Positions 26,144 to 32,000 of a DNA stretch of 32,000 nucleotides are shown piece after piece. The notes beneath the pieces were generated by a model. It ran no database searches. It saw only the letters and a program-made list of their open reading frames with translations, and was not told where the DNA came from. The translations under genes were made by a program, and so were the position numbers. Source of the DNA: Mesobacillus jeotgali (GTDB lineage: Bacteria; Bacillota; Bacilli; Bacillales; Cytobacillaceae); contig NZ_CP025025.1 in the NCBI RefSeq assembly GCF_002874535.1, positions 2,905,312 through 2,937,311 of the forward strand. Direction: 5' to 3'. Positions within the stretch are counted from its first letter, which is position 1. Every line of letters starts with the position of its first letter.

Positions 26144-26359
26144 TTGTCAAAAGTAACGATAAAGGTGAATGATAATGGTTCATTAAGGATTTCCGGCGAT
26201 GTTGAGCTGCTGGATGGTGCCGGCAATAAATATGAAACGAAGCCTGCTTTCTCGCTTTGCCGCTGTGGCATGAGCAAAAACATGCCGTTCTGCGATGCTT
26301 CCCATAAAGGGAAATTCGAATCAGTCGTGCGTGCACCGCAACCCGATGAAACGGAATAA
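26144..26359 (+). CDS. CDGSH-type iron-sulfur domain protein
   Basis: CRCGMSKNMPFCDASH fits C-x-C-x2-S-x3-P-x-C-D-(G/A)-S-H. The start is probably TTG 26144 (AAAGGGG plus 8 nt). The track start at 26126 overlaps the SD itself. Confidence 0.8.
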   Translation: MSKVTIKVNDNGSLRISGDVELLDGAGNKYETKPAFSLCRCGMSKNMPFCDASHKGKFESVVRAPQPDETE

Positions 26360-26367
26360 TTTTTTGA

Positions 26368-26396
26368 GGGCAATGGACAATCCATTGCTCTTTTTT
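26368..26396 (+). terminator. Rho-independent terminator after the CDGSH gene
   Basis: GCAATGG-acaat-CCATTGC followed by TCTTTTTT. Confidence 0.6.
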
Positions 26397-26457
26397 ATGG
26401 GGATCTTTCAAGTGATTTTTATAAAACAGGGTGGCTGGGATTTTTCCAGTGAATCAA

Positions 26458-26796
26458 CTACCATTCATCCGCAAGCCTGACATCAGCAATATGTGAAATC
26501 CCGATACGATGGATTTCCTCGAATCTGTCTACAATATGGAGCTTCTGTCCAAGCTCATTCCAATAATGAATTTTCCCGATTACCAATTCATATTTCCTTT
26601 GCCTGAAATAGGTTATGCTGAGCGGGCGGTTAAACTCCATCGCTTCGAGAATCGTCTCATTCAACTGCTCAAGCTGCTGTTCATCCAGCTGCTTCTCCTT
26701 TTCATATTCGTCCTCCTGTGCCCAATCACGCAGCATCTTGACATGCTCAGGAAGCATCATTGACGTCCATTTAATTCTTCCACGATCGCGAATCAT
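26458..26796 (-). CDS. YolD-like protein (YqjX-like)
   Basis: 112 aa (RGRIKWTSMMLPEHVKML). It lies immediately downstream of a Y-family polymerase gene, which is the usual YolD/UvrX-type pairing. Confidence 0.8.
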   Translation of the reverse strand: MIRDRGRIKWTSMMLPEHVKMLRDWAQEDEYEKEKQLDEQQLEQLNETILEAMEFNRPLSITYFRQRKYELVIGKIHYWNELGQKLHIVDRFEEIHRIGISHIADVRLADEW

Positions 26797-26814
26797 CTTG
26801 CTCTCCTCCTTTTA

Positions 26815-28074
26815 TCAACCCTTATGCCCGCCAACGAGTGCGGCGCGATGCCTTGCGGTTCCGGCTGCCGTATACGATACCGCCCTTAAGAGAGCTGTCG
26901 AGCCGTAGCGGCTGCGAATCCGGTCCATTGCGTAGCCAAGCTCTTTCTTTTTCCAGCCGTTTTTTTCGAAAAGATTCAATTGGAATTCGCTGTCGGTGAC
27001 GAGATTCCCGAGGGCAATTGAAATGCTTCGCACCGTTTTTCCTGCATAGTTCTCGGCAAAAAGCTCGAGGCAGACACGATACAAATCCATCGTAATATTT
27101 GTCGGCTCTTCAATTGTTCTTGAGCGATGGAAGCCTCCGCCGAATTCATCCTGGCTGTAGCCAACTCCGAAGCTGATGGTCCGGCCTGCTTTCCCACGGC
27201 TCCTTGCCCTGCGAGCGACCTCCTCGCACATTTCGAGGATGACATGCTTGATTTCCTCTTCTTCCTTATAGTCGCGAAGCAGGATCTGACTTTTCCCGAA
27301 GCTGACCTGCCCTTCCATGATCGGGGCGCCAATATCCGAAAAATCGATCCCCCATGCATGCCAGTATAGCTGGTTGCCCATGATGCCGAATTTTTTTTCC
27401 AGTTTCTCAAGGTCATAGCGGGCCAGCTGGCCGACAGTAAAAATCCCCATGCTGTTCAGTGTCTTCTCGACGCGGCGTCCGATCCCCCACATTTCCCTCA
27501 GCGGCGAGACGTTCCATAGCTTCGTCTGGACATCATCATAGGTCCATTCAGCAATGCCCTTCTTTTTGGCATCGAGGTCTAGACAGAGCTTCGACATCAG
27601 CATATTGGGCCCAATCCCAATGGCACAGGGAAGCTGGAACTCGCGCTCAATATCATCCTTGATTTTTTTTGCGATTGAAGCAGCGTCACCCCAAAGCTTT
27701 GAAGCTCCGTCCACCTTTATGAAGCTCTCATCGACACTGTAGGTATGGATTGCTTCCTTTGGTACATAGCGATTGAATACGCGGGAGATTTCTGTGGAAA
27801 TTCGCAGGTATGTTGACATTTGTGGGTCAACGACAATAATTCGCGGATCAACGGGAATTTCAAACTTTCGTGATCCAGTCTTGATGCCAAATTCCTTTTT
27901 CAAACGCGGTGAGGCTGCGAGGACGACGCTTCCCGGGCGATCAAGATTCCCGACGACAGCCAGATAGCAGTCAAGCGGATCAAGGCCGAGCATCACGGCG
28001 GCACAGCTCGCATAAAAGCTCTTCATATCCACACATAAAATTTTATTTTGCGGCATTTCGCTGTAATCGACCAT
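26815..28074 (-). CDS. polY2: Y-family translesion DNA polymerase (PolY2/UvrX type)
   Basis: 419-aa ImpB/UmuC family protein (ILCVDMKSFYASC, SVDESFIKV). LexA boxes lie upstream. Confidence 0.9.
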   Translation of the reverse strand: MVDYSEMPQNKILCVDMKSFYASCAAVMLGLDPLDCYLAVVGNLDRPGSVVLAASPRLKKEFGIKTGSRKFEIPVDPRIIVVDPQMSTYLRISTEISRVFNRYVPKEAIHTYSVDESFIKVDGASKLWGDAASIAKKIKDDIEREFQLPCAIGIGPNMLMSKLCLDLDAKKKGIAEWTYDDVQTKLWNVSPLREMWGIGRRVEKTLNSMGIFTVGQLARYDLEKLEKKFGIMGNQLYWHAWGIDFSDIGAPIMEGQVSFGKSQILLRDYKEEEEIKHVILEMCEEVARRARSRGKAGRTISFGVGYSQDEFGGGFHRSRTIEEPTNITMDLYRVCLELFAENYAGKTVRSISIALGNLVTDSEFQLNLFEKNGWKKKELGYAMDRIRSRYGSTALLRAVSYTAAGTARHRAALVGGHKG

Positions 28075-28111
28075 GTTTCTTCTCTCCTTTCCGCAAAGAT
28101 ATCCACCGATA

Positions 28112-28125
28112 AGAACATCCGTTCT
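28112..28125. promoter_or_regulatory. LexA (SOS/Cheo) box 1
   Basis: aGAACatccGTTCt is a GAAC-N4-GTTC core. It lies 38 nt upstream of the polymerase start codon. Confidence 0.6.
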
Positions 28126-28150
28126 GTTTCATTATACACATTATATTAAG

Positions 28151-28164
28151 CGAATATGCGTTCG
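28151..28164. promoter_or_regulatory. LexA (SOS/Cheo) box 2
   Basis: CGAATatgcGTTCG has one core mismatch to CGAAC-N4-GTTCG. On the minus strand it lies within the spacer of a TTGAAA ... TATAAT promoter-like arrangement. Confidence 0.55.
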
Positions 28165-28299
28165 GTTTCAATGGTAATTTTCCGGGTGACTGCCTTAATT
28201 AAGGTGTAAATGGTGTGTCATGCCAGGACTGGAGATTTTTATGGATGAGTGTTTTCAAGGTGAATTCCAAGTATAATCAAGTGGAGAGGTGTTTTTCTT

Positions 28300-28491
28300 A
28301 TGGATAAAAAACTCATTCGTAAAATGGTCCAGAAATGCTTCGTGCAATATCGGCATGAAGGTTCACTGCCGTTTGGCGAGGCGGAGTTCGAAGAGATATA
28401 TGAAAAGATTGTGGAACTGAAAAGTGATGCGCCTGAGACGGATTTGCATGACATCATTAATGATGTGGTATATGAATTTTTAGCGACGTAA
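28300..28491 (+). CDS. Small acidic protein (YqzH-like)
   Basis: 63-aa ORF with GGAGAGGTG plus 8 nt before the ATG. The family call is from remembered synteny only. Confidence 0.5.
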   Translation: MDKKLIRKMVQKCFVQYRHEGSLPFGEAEFEEIYEKIVELKSDAPETDLHDIINDVVYEFLAT

Positions 28492-28541
28492 AAAAATTCC
28501 TAGAAAGGCAAAGACTGCCCTGAAAACAGGACAGCCTTAGA

Positions 28542-29891
28542 TTATTTTAACTTGATATTTGCTTCGCCAATGATTGTTGCGGGATAGTCATTCAGCTTTA
28601 AGGTAATCGGGCCCGGTGCTGCTCCTTCACCGAAGTAGGGGATTAAAATATCAACCGGTAGTTCATTCGTGCTCCATCTGAAAGAAGCAGAGCCGTCCCC
28701 AATTTCATCTCCATTCGAATCGACTGCCTGCTCAAATGAAATATTTGTATGTCCTTCCTTCGACTCCCTTTGAAAAGTGAGCATCAAAAGATTCTCTTCC
28801 CTGTCGATCTTCAGCAATCTGCCATCATCCGGGGCCTTCAGCACTTCCATCTTCTCGGGATCGACAATGATTTCCCCCTCATCTTTATCAAGTGCACGTA
28901 GAGTATTGAAGCGCAGGTAAAGCTCCTCCGGTTTTTTGAAAAAGTTGCTTTGCAGGAAAAATTCCTTTGTAAACTCACCCATATGGCGGGCAGTGGTTCC
29001 ATTATTGATAGCGGCCCATTCTTCACCGCTCTTATCGACGAGCCTTAAATCGTTAAAACCGAAAACCCGCTTAGAATTCTCTTTATCAAAATGGACAGTC
29101 ACTCCAATTCTTGTTGGGTAAATTGACACTTTCTCCACACTGATCTTTTGTCCTTCGATTTCGACTGTTTCATTGACTTCAATCATTTCTTTTTTATCCT
29201 TGAAGGCATCTTTGTCAATCGAGAATGGAAGCACCCACGTATCAGCAAACTTATTCACGGGCTCGCCATCTTCGGTCCTGCCCTCAACAAGCTCCATGCT
29301 CAGCTTAAGATTTTCAGGAAGGTTATCACCATAGAATTCAAAAGTGGCTTGAAGCAACCTCTCTTTATCCTGCAAATCAATTGACCAACCGTCATATGAA
29401 AATGCTGTTTCTTCAATATTTTTCCCTTCACTGTCGGTCAACCGGAAAGTTTCGATTGACAGCTCCTTGTGTGCCTCCGAAGATTCCAGCTTATAAAACA
29501 GCACCATCATCTGCTCATCAACAATCGCGGAGTCAAGCGTGATCTTGATTCCGTCATGTTCATCAGACACACCAATTTTTTGCGCGAAATCATTTTCAAC
29601 TGCTGCCGTCAGCCCTTTATCATTACGGACAAGCTCGACAATCTTCTCCATCCCCGGAATCGAAGTGACATACGAAGCAAATGTCTCCGAGGTCCTCAGC
29701 AGCGCTGTAAAAGCAAAAATCAGGATTGCTGCTGATGCGAATGTCTTTATGAAGAAAAGGTTTTTCTTCCGCTTCCTTTTCCCTTTGCTGATCCCGGCAA
29801 CAATTGCCTGGTCCAGTTGAAGTTCCGGAACTTCGATATTCTCAAGTGCGGCGTGAGCCTGTGTCAGCTTTTTTTCCTCTGCATTAAGCAT
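28542..29891 (-). CDS. Membrane anti-sigma factor (DUF4179-type) with a large extracytoplasmic domain
   Basis: 449 aa. It has a short cytoplasmic N-terminus, one TM segment (FFIKTFASAAILIFAFTALL), and about 380 aa outside the membrane. Its start overlaps the ECF sigma stop by 8 nt (ATGCTTAA). Confidence 0.7.
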   Translation of the reverse strand: MLNAEEKKLTQAHAALENIEVPELQLDQAIVAGISKGKRKRKKNLFFIKTFASAAILIFAFTALLRTSETFASYVTSIPGMEKIVELVRNDKGLTAAVENDFAQKIGVSDEHDGIKITLDSAIVDEQMMVLFYKLESSEAHKELSIETFRLTDSEGKNIEETAFSYDGWSIDLQDKERLLQATFEFYGDNLPENLKLSMELVEGRTEDGEPVNKFADTWVLPFSIDKDAFKDKKEMIEVNETVEIEGQKISVEKVSIYPTRIGVTVHFDKENSKRVFGFNDLRLVDKSGEEWAAINNGTTARHMGEFTKEFFLQSNFFKKPEELYLRFNTLRALDKDEGEIIVDPEKMEVLKAPDDGRLLKIDREENLLMLTFQRESKEGHTNISFEQAVDSNGDEIGDGSASFRWSTNELPVDILIPYFGEGAAPGPITLKLNDYPATIIGEANIKLK

Positions 29892-30405
29892 AGCCCAATC
29901 CCCCCTTATCCTCGAGCTGACCGCGAAGCTCCTTCAGCCCTTTATTCAGCCAGGTCTTCACGGTACCTTCCGGACATTCGAGAATCTCGGCAATTTCCTT
30001 GATTTTAAAATCATGCACATATTTCAATTCGATGACCTGCCTTGTTTTTGAATCAAGCTTGCTGATGACTTCCTCGACCTCAAGCCAGTTGGACTGATGA
30101 TCGGCGCCCATCAAGCTGATGAGATCATCGCTGATGAGGACTCGCTTCCTCTTTTTTAATTCATCATTGCAGTAATTTAACAGAATTCTGGTGAGCCATG
30201 TCGTAAAATACTGCGGTTCCTTCACCTTCCGGATTGAACGGAACGCTCTGTAGGTAACCTCCTGCAGCGCTTCGACCGCATCCTCGCTATTCTTCAGATA
30301 GCTGAGGGCAATCCGGTACAGGCGCACTTTATGAAGCTGCATCAATTCGTAAAATGCCGCTTCATCGCCTTTCTTGGCTCTCTGTACGAGTTCTTGAAGC
30401 TCCAA
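29884..30405 (-). CDS. ECF-type RNA polymerase sigma factor
   Basis: 173 aa with sigma-70 region 2 (AFYELMQLHKVRLYRIALSYL) and region 4 (IKEIAEILECPEGTVKTWLNKGLKEL). The start codon is TTG, after GGGGGAG. Confidence 0.9.
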   Translation of the reverse strand: MELQELVQRAKKGDEAAFYELMQLHKVRLYRIALSYLKNSEDAVEALQEVTYRAFRSIRKVKEPQYFTTWLTRILLNYCNDELKKRKRVLISDDLISLMGADHQSNWLEVEEVISKLDSKTRQVIELKYVHDFKIKEIAEILECPEGTVKTWLNKGLKELRGQLEDKGGLGYA

Positions 30406-30436
30406 AATGTCTCCCCCTGACTTTGTCTCTATCTAT

Positions 30437-30466
30437 TAGACATTGAAACCTGAAAAAAGTTTTACA
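30437..30466 (-). promoter_or_regulatory. Candidate ECF-type autoregulated promoter
   Basis: The minus strand reads TGTAAAAC-N17-GTCTA, an AAC ... GTC-type architecture. Confidence 0.3.
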
Positions 30467-30472
30467 GAATTG

Positions 30473-30502
30473 AAAAAACCGCCAAAAAGTTTACATGGCG
30501 GT
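30473..30502 (-). terminator. Rho-independent terminator after the SDR gene
   Basis: The minus strand reads ACCGCCA-tgtaaactttt-TGGCGGT followed by T5-6. Confidence 0.6.
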
Positions 30503-30523
30503 ATTGTAAGATATTTTATTCAT

Positions 30524-31315
30524 TTATTTCTGATTGAAAATTCTTTTGCCAAAAAGCTCGAAGGTACGTGGAAACAGCGAATAAACAACGCTTCCAGGAC
30601 TCATCCAGCGGGGCAGGTTGATTTCACGTGTTCTTGTCATCATGCGATTGACTACTTGTTTTGCCACGTATTCAGGCTGGAGCATAAAACGTTTTACATT
30701 TTTGACGTAGGTTCCCTGTTTGTCTGCGACATCAAAAAAATTCGTAGCGATTGGACCAGGATTGACCGAAGTGACAAAGATATTGTCATCAGCAACCTCC
30801 ATCCGAAGGCTGTTCGTGTAGCCAAGCACCGCATGCTTTGTTGCTGAATAAACGCTTGATTTCGGTGTGGCAATCTTGCCGGCCTGGGAAGCGATGTTGA
30901 TGATATGGCCGCTTCTTCTCTGCTTCATTGCAGGCAGTACCATCGAGGTGCATGCCATCAAGCCGACGACATTGACATCGAACATTGTTTTGATATCTTC
31001 AATTTTCGCTTCGTGTGCATAATCAAAAATACCAAAGCCAGCATTGTTGACCAGTATATCAACGTAGCGGATGTCAGTAAGCACTTCTGCGAAGACCCGC
31101 TTGATTGCTTCAGGATCAGATACATCCAGCTGCTGGGCATGGACATTGATGGCATACTTTGATTGTAATTCCTTTTTTAAACTCTCAAGTTTATCTATAC
31201 TCCGTGCCAGAATGACAAGGTTCGCGCCACGTGCCGCGCAAAGCCTGGCAATCTCAGCCCCGATTCCCCCAGAAGCACCGGTTATAATTATATTTTTCCC
31301 TTTTAAGGATGACAT
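30524..31315 (-). CDS. Short-chain dehydrogenase/reductase (YqjQ-like)
   Basis: TGASGGIG cofactor motif, NNAG, and the catalytic YSATK. Confidence 0.9.
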   Translation of the reverse strand: MSSLKGKNIIITGASGGIGAEIARLCAARGANLVILARSIDKLESLKKELQSKYAINVHAQQLDVSDPEAIKRVFAEVLTDIRYVDILVNNAGFGIFDYAHEAKIEDIKTMFDVNVVGLMACTSMVLPAMKQRRSGHIINIASQAGKIATPKSSVYSATKHAVLGYTNSLRMEVADDNIFVTSVNPGPIATNFFDVADKQGTYVKNVKRFMLQPEYVAKQVVNRMMTRTREINLPRWMSPGSVVYSLFPRTFELFGKRIFNQK

Positions 31316-31326
31316 CGTCTTTCACC

Positions 31327-32000
31327 TCATTTTGCTGTATAAAGGAAGGCTGTTCCTTCTTCCCTGACAGACACTCCGTCAAGGGAATCTAAATAATCAA
31401 GTTGTCCCACGGTTTCGGAGATGGTTAAGTTCAATTCACGCTCATACACTGTCGGGAAGAGCATTTTGCAAACCTCAAATACGGTCAGTTCCCTGCCCTC
31501 AAGCATTCCCCTAACCTGCATGGCCCGGTCATGCTGACGGGCCAGCCTTTTTTCAATCAAGCTTTGCAATTCTGTTATCTCCATTCCATGTCCGGTATAT
31601 ACAAGCCCAATCGGGTACTGCTGAAGTTTTTTTAGTGTTGCGTTGTATTGAACCAGCGGCTTCGGCCTTTCAGTTTCGCCTGGGAGCGGCGGCTCAAGTA
31701 ATGGGTTGGGCGAGATCCCCGCAAGGATCGTATCCCCGGCAATCATTGTACCGTCTTTTTCACGCAAGAGCACGATATGGCTCTGGGCATGGCCCGGTGT
31801 CTCGATTACTTTCCACCCTGGCAATGCCGGTGGAATATCATTTTCCAGAATGGTACCAGTCAATGAACGATTACATGAAAATACTAAAGTCTTCTTCATT
31901 ACTTTCATCGATGGCACAAAATATTGCTCAGGTATTGCCGATTGCAGGAAGAACTTTTCATAGAATTCCTGATGTTCCTTTTCGAATTCCGGAGTCCTGT
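31327..32000 (-). CDS. MBL-fold metallo-hydrolase (YqjP-like), 5' end outside the window
   Basis: The reading frame stays open upstream of the track GTG (31917) to the window edge (...RTPEFEKEHQEFYEKFFLQSAIPEQYF-VPSMK...). The ETPGHAQSH and YTGHG motifs are typical of the C-terminal half of MBL hydrolases. Confidence 0.75.
   Translation of the reverse strand, partial: RTPEFEKEHQEFYEKFFLQSAIPEQYFVPSMKVMKKTLVFSCNRSLTGTILENDIPPALPGWKVIETPGHAQSHIVLLREKDGTMIAGDTILAGISPNPLLEPPLPGETERPKPLVQYNATLKKLQQYPIGLVYTGHGMEITELQSLIEKRLARQHDRAMQVRGMLEGRELTVFEVCKMLFPTVYERELNLTISETVGQLDYLDSLDGVSVREEGTAFLYTAK

Noticed and set aside
28241-28276. 11-codon mini-ORF (MDECFQGEFQV) with a GGAG SD upstream of the yqzH-like gene.
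   Set aside because: It is too short to evaluate and has no recognisable leader-peptide or attenuator structure downstream. It is noted only as a possibility.
30444-30470. TGAAAC motif on the plus strand resembling a SigW-type -35 element.
   Set aside because: No CGTA-type -10 sits at the right spacing. The only plus-strand ORF downstream is an antisense shadow of the SDR gene.

Overview
This window is a largely core chromosomal segment of an endospore-forming Bacillaceae. Gene content and order closely follow the B. subtilis lysA-spoVA-spoIIA-dacF ... fur-spoIIM ... nudF-yqk-yqj region (recalled from memory; no search was run). Genes from left to right: lysA; a spoVA operon holding only spoVAA-AB-AEa-AF; sigF-spoIIAB-spoIIAA; dacF; pdp-punA-drm; xerD; yqzK-like; fur; spoIIM; an EndoQ-like PHP nuclease; nudF; an aldo/keto reductase; a membrane protein; GrpB-like and a K/E-rich small protein; a thiolase-scoA-scoB operon divergent from HMG-CoA lyase; an alpha/beta hydrolase; a lipoprotein; a HesB-like protein divergent from a CDGSH Fe-S protein; yolD-like plus a Y-family polymerase behind two LexA boxes; a yqzH-like ORF; an ECF sigma/anti-sigma pair; an SDR; and a 5'-truncated MBL hydrolase. 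I found no CRISPR array, transposase, integrase, phage gene or recognisable defence cassette, and I cannot support a novel multi-gene protein system here. The unexplained structure is non-coding or small. (1) Two tandem arrays share an identical 52-bp period: 4901-5066 between the sigF terminator and the spoVA promoter, and 24640-24990 made of terminator-like hairpins. (2) A dispersed, modular, imperfectly palindromic element occurs in a compact copy (14383-14498) and an expanded mosaic copy (23185-23530). (3) The spoVA operon lacks the core spoVAC-AD-AEb genes. (4) Two small genes fall below the ORF-track cutoff, one (23051-23182) with a consensus forespore sigma-G-type promoter. (5) A perfect 12-bp inverted repeat sits in the divergent promoter of the acetoacetate/HMG-CoA module. 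Several track ORFs are given shortened starts based on Shine-Dalgarno (SD) spacing.
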